A stretch of 64,000 nt of DNA, from NCBI GenBank assembly GCA_942491415.1, contig CALOAD010000022.1:77010-141009 (forward strand), read 5' to 3'. A model generated the notes under the pieces. The model saw only the letters and a program-made list of their open reading frames with translations. It had not been told where the DNA came from and did no database searches. Source of the DNA: Candidatus Gastranaerophilales bacterium. Lineage in GTDB: Bacteria > Cyanobacteriota > Vampirovibrionia > Gastranaerophilales > CALOAD01. Made by a program: the position numbers and the translations under genes. Of this stretch, positions 10,561 through 19,220 are shown one piece after another (position 1 is the first letter of the stretch; the number at the start of each line of letters is the position of its first letter).

Positions 10561-11190
10561 TTATGCTTGAACAGAACGCTTTCTTGAGGCTAAGTAACCA
10601 CTTAAGCTCATTAATCCAAGAACAACAGAAGATGGCTCAGGAATTGGTGGTGGTGGCGTGTCTCCTCCTCCTCCACCTACTCCTAAAGGAACAGCAATAC
10701 CTGTTGCAACTACAGCGGCAACCGGAATAACGAATGGGGATAATCCTACGGGCGCAGCTGCACCTGTAGGACAACAGGTTGGACAGCAACATTTTTTTGC
10801 CATGTATTTTTTCCTTTGCACTAGTTTTTTGGGCATTGTTTGTCCCGGCTTTAGTTTGTAAATTCTTTTGTATTTAGATTTTATATTTTTGATCGGAAAA
10901 GTTCTTGCTAAAGCTAGTTCGTTAAAAAATACATTATTAGGGGTTTTTGCAATATCTGCAATTACAAATTTATCTGGATATTTTAAACTTATCAGGCTAT
11001 TTTTGCGGAATTTATTTTTTATCCCACCTTTTGACATTTGAACTTTGTGCGAGCTGATTTTATTCGCCTTTGTAAGTTTTGAAGTGTTTGCATTTACTGC
11101 TAAAATCCCGACAGAGATAGTTAGAGCTAAAAATATAGCAAACTTGGGGCCAGATAAAAATGGAAATAATTGTGAAATTTTTTTAAACAT
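10561..11190 (-). CDS. PEP-CTERM sorting-domain protein (putative exosortase substrate)
   Basis: The C-terminus PPPPIPEPSSVVLGLMSLSGYLASRKRSVQA has PEP, a TM helix and a basic tail. There is an N-terminal signal-anchor, a Cys cluster KKCCCPTCCPTG and a poly-Gly/Pro run. Confidence 0.75.
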   Translation of the reverse strand: MFKKISQLFPFLSGPKFAIFLALTISVGILAVNANTSKLTKANKISSHKVQMSKGGIKNKFRKNSLISLKYPDKFVIADIAKTPNNVFFNELALARTFPIKNIKSKYKRIYKLKPGQTMPKKLVQRKKYMAKKCCCPTCCPTGAAAPVGLSPFVIPVAAVVATGIAVPLGVGGGGGDTPPPPIPEPSSVVLGLMSLSGYLASRKRSVQA

Positions 11191-11521
11191 ATCCGTACAC
11201 ACTCTCTCTTATAAACAAATTAATTATACGGATGTTTGTTTTTCTTTTCATAGGTCAGTTGTGATAGGTTATGTATTTATATTAATTATTTTGAATTGGA
11301 ATTATGTTTTTCTCACTATTCTCTGTCATTTTTCATCATTTTTTTTGTTTGTATGTATTGCGTAACAGGGCAATGATTCGATACAGCCTATTTGATTCCT
11401 GTTTTAATTGGTTTTGAAAAATTTATTTAATTAAACCTGCCCATAATAAAGGAGAAGGGGAGGCTCCTGTTGCTCCAATAATTGCGATGTCTCGTAATAT
11501 CACCGATGGGAAAGTTGCATA

Positions 11522-11557
11522 AGTAACAGAATAATAACTACTTATTATTCTGTTACT
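11522..11557. repeat. Perfect 16-bp inverted repeat (hairpin) in an ORF-poor spacer
   Basis: AGTAACAGAATAATAA-CTAC-TTATTATTCTGTTACT read directly. There is no clear U-tract on either strand. Confidence 0.5.
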
Positions 11558-11695
11558 GCGTTTGTAATAATATTTATTAAAGGATTTGTTGTTCCGGTTG
11601 CTGTTAAAACTGCACCCGGATTTATTATTATTTTAGAGTCAGAAGTTGAAAATAACAGTCTGAATAGATCAAGCAAAGATGATGATTTTGGGCTG

Positions 11696-12019
11696 TTATT
11701 CCTGATTTAAATCTTCAACAAAAGAAATTGCTTGAATTGCTACCTGTCTTCTTGTATCAGGTGAAGCGTGTCTTATTAGTTCTATAAAGATTCTTACAAC
11801 TTCGTCAAAGTCATACCATCTTCTTTTTTTTGATTCTCCCGTGGCAAGGTCAAAGACCTCATCAGCTATCATATCTGAGTAAGGAGGTTTATTTATAATT
11901 TCTTCCATTAAATAGTTAGCTGTTTGTCTTTTTAGTTCTACGGGTAGATTTTCCAGTTTTTCAAAGCAACTACCCACTACAGGGTCTTCATCGTACCATC
12001 TTTTAAAAGTTTCAGACAT
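11696..12019 (-). CDS. Hypothetical protein (107 aa)
   Basis: Strong RBS GGAGG 5 nt before the ATG. Internal repeat of RWYD(E/F)D. No family recognised. Confidence 0.6.
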   Translation of the reverse strand: MSETFKRWYDEDPVVGSCFEKLENLPVELKRQTANYLMEEIINKPPYSDMIADEVFDLATGESKKRRWYDFDEVVRIFIELIRHASPDTRRQVAIQAISFVEDLNQE

Positions 12020-12125
12020 AAAAGCCTCCGTTTATTAAATCTGATATAAGTTTTATTTAATATTACAATCTTTTTGCTTGGGCGTAAAGTATAATGAGAA
12101 TATCTATATTTAGAAGGGTAATAAG

Positions 12126-12311
12126 ATGTATATTTTTGAATTAATTGCAAAGATAATAAAAAAACATCAAAATAAACCGATGAAAGAGTTCGAAGAATCA
12201 CAAAATCAAGACTGTTGCGATCATATTTTTCTTCCTGTTGACAGTACAGCCGATTATTTAGCTTGCAATAAGTGTGGTTTTCTCATTAAAAATAAAAACA
12301 AGAAGATTTAA
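12126..12311 (+). CDS. Small hypothetical protein with a Cys-pair (zinc-ribbon-like) arrangement
   Basis: 61-aa ORF with CC...H and CNKCG pairs. Weak RBS. Confidence 0.3.
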   Translation: MYIFELIAKIIKKHQNKPMKEFEESQNQDCCDHIFLPVDSTADYLACNKCGFLIKNKNKKI

Positions 12312-12351
12312 AACCGTCTTGTTTTTATTGAAGTCTTGTTAAAAATTATAT

Positions 12352-12516
12352 TTAACCATTATAAGACTCGAATTGATCTTTACCAACGCCACAGATTGGA
12401 CACACCCAGTCTTCAGGTAAATCTGTAAATGAAGTTCCTTCAGATATACCGTTATCGGCATCACCCATCGCCGGATCATAGACATAGCTGCATACGATAC
12501 AAATATATTTTTCCAT
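12352..12516 (-). CDS. Rubredoxin (54 aa; below the ORF-track size cut-off)
   Basis: Manual translation gives [54 protein letters not shown], with both CxxC pairs. AAGGAG RBS upstream. Confidence 0.85.
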   Translation of the reverse strand: MEKYICIVCSYVYDPAMGDADNGISEGTSFTDLPEDWVCPICGVGKDQFESYNG

Positions 12517-12861
12517 TTTAGTCTCCTTTTGATTTAAATATCCAAGTTTATTTTATAAAATTGTAGCAAAATTTATTTTAAATTATAAGTAGCTTTAGAA
12601 AAAATTAATCCTTTGGGCATGATTTTGAAATAATAGTATTATTTGAGTAAAGCTTTTCGATTAAATGATCCTGTTTTAGGGTACTTCCCAAATTTTTATT
12701 TTTTAAACCCAATGTAACGGAATGTAAATAATATATACTAAGTATATAAAAAAATAGCATTATTTTGAGAAAGTTTGTTTTTAATAAGATAAGAGAGAGA
12801 TAAAAAAAATTAAGAGATTAAGAGATTAAGAAGTTAATTAAACCATTAGGAGAGAGATAAA

Positions 12862-13077
12862 ATGTTTGGAACACTTACAACACAGAAAAAAGATGCTAGA
12901 GGCAATAATCAGTACCTTTGTTCAAATGCGATTATTGATACTTACAAAAATACGAGTGCAAATATATTTAAGGCGATACAGAAAAAACCCAAGCAGTATA
13001 AAACCTTGACGGGGCTTCTTAATGAATGTCCGCTTGTAGGGAAAAATACTTACGGATTGAATAATTTGATCGCTTAG
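12862..13077 (+). CDS. Hypothetical small protein (71 aa)
   Basis: AGGAGAG RBS and a terminator hairpin downstream. No family recognised. Confidence 0.5.
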   Translation: MFGTLTTQKKDARGNNQYLCSNAIIDTYKNTSANIFKAIQKKPKQYKTLTGLLNECPLVGKNTYGLNNLIA

Positions 13078-13102
13078 ATATGAAAAATAAATTTAAAATT
13101 TA

Positions 13103-13138
13103 AAAAAGACAGGTTTTATTCTTAAGACCTGTCTTTTA
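13103..13138. terminator. Bidirectional rho-independent terminator
   Basis: AAAAGACAGG-(loop)-CCTGTCTTTT, flanked by A/T runs, between convergent genes. Confidence 0.6.
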
Positions 13139-13142
13139 GTTT

Positions 13143-14099
13143 TTAAACGCTTAGTTCTACACTTATGCTTTCAAGAATTTCACTAGCGGCATAAGCTTTA
13201 TTAAGGGTGTAAAAATGAAAGCCTTTAACTCCAAAGTCCAATAATTGCTGGCATTGGTAAACGGCAAATTCTATACCCATTTCTTTTACGGCATCAGGGT
13301 CGTTTTTATGTTTTTCAAGTCTATCTGATAATGCTGCCGGTATTTTTGAGCCACAAAGTTCTGTCATTCTTTGTATTTGAGAATAATTAGTAATTGGTAA
13401 AATACCAGGTATAATTGGCGTTTCAATCCCTGCTTGTTCTGTTTTTATCATAAAATTGAAAAAACTTGAGTTGTCATAAAATACTTGAGTTATAACTGCA
13501 TCAGCTCCGGCATCTGTTTTCTTTTTTAGGTTTTCAACATCTACATCAAGAGATACGCATTCTTGGTGACATTCAGGATATCCTGCAACAGCAATGGAGA
13601 GGTTTGTGTTTGATTTTACAAATTCAACAAGCTCATTTGCGTGACCAAAACCGTTTTTAGGTTTTATAAATGTTTTTTCTCCCTTGGGAGGGTCTCCTCT
13701 AAGGGCTAAGATATTTTTTATATCGTTTTTTTCAAATACTTTTATATAATCTAAAATTTCTTCACGATTAGAACCTACACAGGTAAAATGAGGCATAGGG
13801 TTTAATTTCAGTTCGTTTTTTATTTTTAATACAAGGTCTAAAGTTTTATCTTGAGTCGTTCCTCCAGCTCCGTAAGTGACTGAAACGTAAGCAGGATTGT
13901 ATTTAGATAGGATTTTTAATTCATTTAAAAGAGCTTCATTTTTGGATTTTAGTTCTTCTCCTTCACCTTTTGGAGGGAAAATTTCAAATGAAATTATAGG
14001 TTTTTGCGTTAAAAAAGAATTTGCCTGTAGTTCATATTGTTTTTCCTTGTAGATTTCATTTAGTCTCATGATCTTTTTATACCTTAACTCGCTGAACAT
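13143..14099 (-). CDS. metF: Methylenetetrahydrofolate reductase
   Basis: FEIFPPK, VTYGAGG and ALRGDPP motifs. The true start may be the internal Met at 14069. Confidence 0.85.
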   Translation of the reverse strand: MFSELRYKKIMRLNEIYKEKQYELQANSFLTQKPIISFEIFPPKGEGEELKSKNEALLNELKILSKYNPAYVSVTYGAGGTTQDKTLDLVLKIKNELKLNPMPHFTCVGSNREEILDYIKVFEKNDIKNILALRGDPPKGEKTFIKPKNGFGHANELVEFVKSNTNLSIAVAGYPECHQECVSLDVDVENLKKKTDAGADAVITQVFYDNSSFFNFMIKTEQAGIETPIIPGILPITNYSQIQRMTELCGSKIPAALSDRLEKHKNDPDAVKEMGIEFAVYQCQQLLDFGVKGFHFYTLNKAYAASEILESISVELSV

Positions 14100-14108
14100 C
14101 TTTTATTT

Positions 14109-14561
14109 TTAATATTTATTTTTCATTGCTCTTTCCATTTCACGTTTGGCAGATTTTTTAGCCAAATCAGAGCGTTTATCGTACAAATGTTTTCCTTTTC
14201 CAAGTCCTATTTCAAGCTTTGCCCAGCCCCCCATTAAAAAAAGCTCTAAAGGAACAATTGTGAGTCCTGATTCTTTTGTTTTTCCGATAAGTCTACTGAT
14301 TTCTTTTTTTGTTAAAAGAAGTTTTCTTCTTCGCTCAGGTTCGTGATTATATCTATTGCCCATATCATAAGGGCTTATATGAGCTTTATAAAGCCAGAGC
14401 TCACCATTTTCTATTCTTGCAAAACTGTCTTTTAAATTGACTCGTCCTGCACGAATAGCTTTGATTTCGGTACCCGTAAGAACCATGCCGGCTACTATTT
14501 TTTCAGAAATAGTATAATCATGGTAGGCTTTCTTATTTTTTGTAATAATTTTTTTATTCAT
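14109..14561 (-). CDS. smpB: SsrA-binding protein
   Basis: 150 aa: NKKAYHDY...GTEIKAIR...LLLTKKEI, with a basic C-terminal tail. Confidence 0.9.
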   Translation of the reverse strand: MNKKIITKNKKAYHDYTISEKIVAGMVLTGTEIKAIRAGRVNLKDSFARIENGELWLYKAHISPYDMGNRYNHEPERRRKLLLTKKEISRLIGKTKESGLTIVPLELFLMGGWAKLEIGLGKGKHLYDKRSDLAKKSAKREMERAMKNKY

Positions 14562-14652
14562 TTGTTTTTATCTACTAAAACTTTTTTCTTTTTTTATTAT
14601 ATACTAGAGTATCGTTGTTTACAAAGATAATGCATTTTTTAAAAAATCGAGG

Positions 14653-15111
14653 GTGAAAGTGAAAGGCGAATTAAGCAATTGTAAAACCTGTGGAGCAGTA
14701 TTTTTAAAGAAAAATAGAGATGTTTGTAATGATTGTGTTCAAAAAGAACTGGTAAAAATTGAAAGTATAAAAAATTTCATAGATCAATCTTATCTAGAGA
14801 ATGTATCTTTAGAGCAGATTAATTTGGAAACTCAAATTGAAATAAAACAAATAGAAGACTTTTTAAAAAGAGGTAAATTATTAGGCTACCTGGATAAAAT
14901 AGGTATTAATTGTAAAATTTGTAAGAAGTTTATACCTTATGGGCAAGGAACAAAAAAACAGTTTGTTTGTGAAAAATGTTCAACCGATTTAAAAGATACT
15001 TTTGAGATAAAAGAAAATAAAACAAAATTGCTGCAGTGTTCAAAAAAAAACTCCGGTAAATCTAATAATTCTAATTGTGCAAAATATGGTTTCAAAAAAA
15101 GTTACGATTAA
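14653..15111 (+). CDS. YvyF-like flagellar operon protein (TIGR03826-type zinc-ribbon protein)
   Basis: N-terminal NCKTCGAVFLKKNRDVCNDCVQKE and a second CKICKK...CEKC pair. The architecture matches B. subtilis YvyF as I recall it. Confidence 0.5.
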   Translation: MKVKGELSNCKTCGAVFLKKNRDVCNDCVQKELVKIESIKNFIDQSYLENVSLEQINLETQIEIKQIEDFLKRGKLLGYLDKIGINCKICKKFIPYGQGTKKQFVCEKCSTDLKDTFEIKENKTKLLQCSKKNSGKSNNSNCAKYGFKKSYD

Positions 15112-15173
15112 GTTGTTTTAATTGCTATAAGTTTATAAAATTGATTTGAATTAATTGAAAATTAGGTGTTTAA

Positions 15174-15884
15174 ATGTTTAATAATAAAAAATTATCTAAA
15201 GGCTTGAGTTTACCGGAATTTTTACTGGCTATGGCAATAGTTGGTTTTTTATTTGTGGTTGTTGTTATTCCCGGTATTGAAACTACAATGGAAGTCAAAA
15301 ACCGTAAGCTTTATACCGTAGCTGTAAAAATCATATCAGATATTATGAAAGAAGTTGCAGGCGATAATAGCAGTTCTTTACCTACGAGTGGTTTGCCCGG
15401 ACAAGTAGGAAATAAAGTTAATATTATAGGCTCAATTTCTACAACTTCAAATGAAGGTACTAATTCACCTAATATGGTTTTGTCTAATAGAATGAGAATC
15501 TATAATTTAAATGCGACTTCTTATCCTCAAACTATAAGAGTTGATGTTGATGGACTTAAAAACGGTGAATCTACAGGAGTAGGGCCTGCAAGTGCAAATA
15601 TATATGATATTAAAATTAATCAAGATGGAACAGTAGAGCCTACAGGATCTCCTGAAGAAGATTGGGTTTATTGTTATGCCCATTTAATGCTTGTAACTTC
15701 AGGAGAGGAGGCAAATGTAGCTACTATTGTTGCAAATAATACTTCTATGAATAGTACACAAGCTACAACTCTTGTTAATAATTTACCCGGTCTTGCTGTA
15801 GAAAATGTAACTTTTCGCGATGCAAAACAGTTAAAAGATGCTATAGGTGCTAAAGGTTTTTTGATAATTCAATATTATGATTAG
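15174..15884 (+). CDS. Type IV pilin/pseudopilin-like protein
   Basis: Prepilin-like N-terminus KKLSKG/LSLPEFLLAMAIVGFLFVVVV, with Glu at +5 after the Gly. Confidence 0.5.
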   Translation: MFNNKKLSKGLSLPEFLLAMAIVGFLFVVVVIPGIETTMEVKNRKLYTVAVKIISDIMKEVAGDNSSSLPTSGLPGQVGNKVNIIGSISTTSNEGTNSPNMVLSNRMRIYNLNATSYPQTIRVDVDGLKNGESTGVGPASANIYDIKINQDGTVEPTGSPEEDWVYCYAHLMLVTSGEEANVATIVANNTSMNSTQATTLVNNLPGLAVENVTFRDAKQLKDAIGAKGFLIIQYYD

Positions 15885-15908
15885 AACGTTATTGAGCTGG
15901 ATTTTAAT

Positions 15909-17081
15909 ATGTTAAATTCTCAAAATAAAAAGATGTATTTATATCTTCTTATTATGACGGTACTTGTTGCTTTTGGCTTTCAGGGTTGGCGAAGTTTGTT
16001 TAATAATTTTGCCGTTGAGGATATCGGAATTACAGGACAACAAATGGGTGTAATTCAAAGCGTTAGAGAGATCCCAGGTTTTTTAGCGCTTTTGGTGGTT
16101 TATTTATTAATGATTATAAAAGAACATCGCTTAGCTGCTTTATCATTATTGATATTAGGCTTGGGTATAGGAATAACAGGTGTTTTGAGTAGTTATTCGG
16201 GTTTGGTGATATCTACTATTATTATGTCTTTTGGTTTTCATTATTATGAAACGTTAAATCAATCGCTTTCATTGCAATATTTTAGCAAGGCTTCAGCCCC
16301 TATTTTGCTTGCAAAATTAAAAGTAGCAGCTTCTATAACCAATATAGCAGTGGGAGGAGCGATATTTTTTATTGCAAAATATTTAAGTTTTACACAAATA
16401 TTTTTAGTTTTTGGTTTGGTTGTTTGCGCAGGAGCTATTTGGTGTTTATCCCAAAATCCAACCTCTGTCAACATGCCGGTACAACACAAAAAAATGATTT
16501 TCAGAAAAAAATATTGGCTTTTTTATGTTTTAACGTTGTTGTCAGGAGCCAGAAGGCAAATTTTCATTGCTTTTGCAGTGTTTTTGCTTGTGAAAAAATT
16601 TAATTTTTCGATTCAAGAAATCACTGTTTTATTTGTATTTAATAACATAGTAAATTATTTTGTACTTCCTTATGTCGGTAAGCTTATAAACTTGAAGGGA
16701 GAGCGTTTTGTGCTTTCAATAGAGTATTTAAGCCTCGTGTTGGTATTTTTGACATATGCTTTTACTTCATCAAAAGCTATAGCAGGTATTGCATATGTGT
16801 TTGATCATATTGTTTTTGGTTTTGCTATTGCAATAAAATCATATTTTCAAAAAATTGCAGATCCTGCTGATATTTCTCCAAGCATGGCTGTTGGATTCAC
16901 CATTAATCATTTGGTAGCGGTGATTTTGCCTTTTGCGGGCGGGTTACTTTGGATGATTGATTATAAAATTCCTTTTTTCGTGGGTGTTGCGCTTAGCATT
17001 TGCTCTTTAGTGTTTGTTCAATTTATAAAAATCACTCCGGAACAGTATCAAGAAATGATTTTAGAACCTTCTAAAATTTAA
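15909..17081 (+). CDS. MFS-type transporter (12-TM)
   Basis: 390 aa with about 12 hydrophobic helices in a 6+6 layout. No specific substrate motif. Confidence 0.55.
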   Translation: MLNSQNKKMYLYLLIMTVLVAFGFQGWRSLFNNFAVEDIGITGQQMGVIQSVREIPGFLALLVVYLLMIIKEHRLAALSLLILGLGIGITGVLSSYSGLVISTIIMSFGFHYYETLNQSLSLQYFSKASAPILLAKLKVAASITNIAVGGAIFFIAKYLSFTQIFLVFGLVVCAGAIWCLSQNPTSVNMPVQHKKMIFRKKYWLFYVLTLLSGARRQIFIAFAVFLLVKKFNFSIQEITVLFVFNNIVNYFVLPYVGKLINLKGERFVLSIEYLSLVLVFLTYAFTSSKAIAGIAYVFDHIVFGFAIAIKSYFQKIADPADISPSMAVGFTINHLVAVILPFAGGLLWMIDYKIPFFVGVALSICSLVFVQFIKITPEQYQEMILEPSKI

Positions 17082-18025
17082 TTCTCCGCAGAAGTATTTT
17101 TAGTTGTTTTGGGTATAGGCAGGTCTATTCCTGTCATTTGTTTCATCTGTTTTTGGTCAACTTTAGGGAATGTAAAAGAAGCTGTGACCATTGTTAGGGA
17201 TAAAATTATCATAGCCGCTACTATTGTTATATTATGGTTTCTTGTTTTTATATTGGGTTCTTGGTATTCAAAAGATCCTTCTATCCTGGCTAAAGAGATT
17301 TTATAAGACTGAGCGAAAAGGTAGGTAGATGCAAAAAATAAAAAATAATTTATAACAACGAAAAAAGAACTAATTGAAAGGAAAAAAGGCTTATTTATCC
17401 AAAAAATTGATAGTTGTAAGAAATTTTGTTCTGACATTGCAAATATACCAAAAATTATCAAAATGGGAATAAAAGAGTTTTTTGCGTTGAAAAATAATTT
17501 AGCATTTCTTTTGAAATTAAAGATGTCTCTAAATTTGAGATTTTCACCGTAGGTAAGCTGCAAAAATTGCAATGAAACCCAGGAAAAAACGAATGCAGCT
17601 AAAAGACTTATAAGTAAAAATAAGTTGTTGAACATCTTCAGCGTTGCCATTTCAGATTTCCCGTATTTTGTGAATAAAGCAATCGCTAATAATATTAAAG
17701 TTACAGATATAAAAATAATTGCAAAAATACAAAGAGTCATAAATATATATGAAAAACTTGCTGTGGCATAATTAAAGCCATGTTGGAAGATTTTTTTTAG
17801 ATGAAAATCAGGTAGTTTGTGAGCTTTTTCATTTAAAATATTATTGGTCAATAAAGCTGTATATCCAAATCCGAAAAGTGATGAGGGTACATAAATCCAG
17901 TAATTTCCCGTAATACCCGAGAAAATTGTAGCAAATATACTGATGACGCATAAAACAATTAGCTTATTTGTCCATTTTTCATCTTGAAGGTAGTATGTGA
18001 AAGCTTTTTTAAAATCTATTTGCAT
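17078..18025 (-). CDS. Polytopic membrane protein (DUF4013-like)
   Basis: The start is set to MQIDFKKAFTYYLQDEKWTNKL, which resembles the DUF4013 N-terminus. Multiple TM segments. Confidence 0.45.
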   Translation of the reverse strand: MQIDFKKAFTYYLQDEKWTNKLIVLCVISIFATIFSGITGNYWIYVPSSLFGFGYTALLTNNILNEKAHKLPDFHLKKIFQHGFNYATASFSYIFMTLCIFAIIFISVTLILLAIALFTKYGKSEMATLKMFNNLFLLISLLAAFVFSWVSLQFLQLTYGENLKFRDIFNFKRNAKLFFNAKNSFIPILIIFGIFAMSEQNFLQLSIFWINKPFFLSISSFFVVINYFLFFASTYLFAQSYKISLARIEGSFEYQEPNIKTRNHNITIVAAMIILSLTMVTASFTFPKVDQKQMKQMTGIDLPIPKTTKNTSAEN

Positions 18026-18380
18026 TATCTTTAAACCTTTATTTAAGGACAGCGGAAAAAATAACAAGGGAAATGATGAATTTTGCTCATTATTTTCTAG
18101 GCTGCTTTCTATAACCGAATTATTATAAGCACTAAAGGCTTATTTAGTTTTAGCACTTTATTGATAAAATAATTATACCAAAAAATAAAAAAGCTATTTA
18201 CAAAAGCAAGGGTTGCAAATCGCAACCCTTGCACTGTTTGTGATGTTTTTAACTATGGAAGATTAACACTACTATTTTGTTGTAGTCCGCTACTTTCAGA
18301 AAAATCACCTGCATTTATTCTTTCAGTCATATTGTGTTTTGGTCGATTAGTTTAAAACAATTGGAATGTTTTAACTTTTT

Positions 18381-18411
18381 AAAAAATAAAGACGCAGAAT
18401 TTCTCTGCGCC
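18381..18411 (-). terminator. Rho-independent terminator after the ferredoxin gene
   Basis: On the minus strand: GGCGCAGA-GAAAT-TCTGCGTC followed by TTTATTTTTT. Confidence 0.55.
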
Positions 18412-18436
18412 TTTGCTTTTTATTCATCAATTTTAT

Positions 18437-18616
18437 TTATTCATCAATTTCAATTACGTCTACAGGACAAGCTTCAGCTGCTGCAAAGCAATCAGTTTCG
18501 TTACCCTCTATAGCTTCTTCGTTTATATGTGCAATATCTGTAACTTGAAAAATTTCGCTATTAATGGATTCACAAGCACCACATGCGATACACCCCGGTA
18601 AAATTCTTACTTTCAT
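18437..18616 (-). CDS. Small ferredoxin (59 aa; not in ORF track)
   Basis: Manual translation gives MKVRILPGCIACGACESINSEIFQVTDIAHINEEAIEGNETDCFAAAEACPVDVIEIDE (CxxCxxC...CP). AAGGAG RBS. Confidence 0.75.
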   Translation of the reverse strand: MKVRILPGCIACGACESINSEIFQVTDIAHINEEAIEGNETDCFAAAEACPVDVIEIDE

Positions 18617-18759
18617 AGAAGACTCCTTAATAATATTTTTTTTAATATGTACCTCAACAACCTTTATACCAGAATCCTCGAAACTTAAAATTCCGCTGTT
18701 GTATAATAATTTTTTTAAAAACTTACCTACTTGTTTAATACGATTGTCTAAAAATCTTT

Positions 18760-19107
18760 TTAACCAACCAATTGATCAAGTTTGTTTTTCTGTATTTTCA
18801 TATTCAAGAATCTTTCACATTGCTTCAGTCTGTCGTAACCCAGCATGATACCCAAAATAAAATCCTGCTCTTGTGAAAGTTCATTTAATTTAGGATTATT
18901 AAAGCTTTTTACTACGTCAATACAATATTTATGACCAAAATAAATATTTATTTTATTTTGTGAAATTTCGTGGATTAAATAAGAAATATTTTCTTTTTTC
19001 AGTCGGTTTATAATTTTCTCTTTTAACTCAGCTTTTTCAGTGCACAAAACAAGGTTTCTAAGCCCTTTTTGATATTCATAAATATGATGATAAAAAACAT
19101 GCAGCAT
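18760..19107 (-). CDS. Hypothetical protein, DUF2023-like
   Basis: HHIYEYQKGLRNLVLCT at the N-terminus, as I recall for DUF2023. Lies upstream of the ferredoxin gene. Confidence 0.4.
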   Translation of the reverse strand: MLHVFYHHIYEYQKGLRNLVLCTEKAELKEKIINRLKKENISYLIHEISQNKINIYFGHKYCIDVVKSFNNPKLNELSQEQDFILGIMLGYDRLKQCERFLNMKIQKNKLDQLVG

Positions 19108-19220
19108 ATTTTAGACCTGTCCATAAAAATTAATGCTAATAACATTGTAGCTTATTTTGTAATTCTTTTTTATAAAAAAAGAAAAATGTTCCAATATAGG
19201 CTTGCAGGAGCATTTTACTT

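Noticed and set aside
10658-10861. 67-aa ORF on the plus strand (MSPPPPPTPKG...)
   Set aside because: It is antisense to the Gly/Pro/Ala-rich end of the PEP-CTERM gene and is an artefact of the GC-rich repeat.
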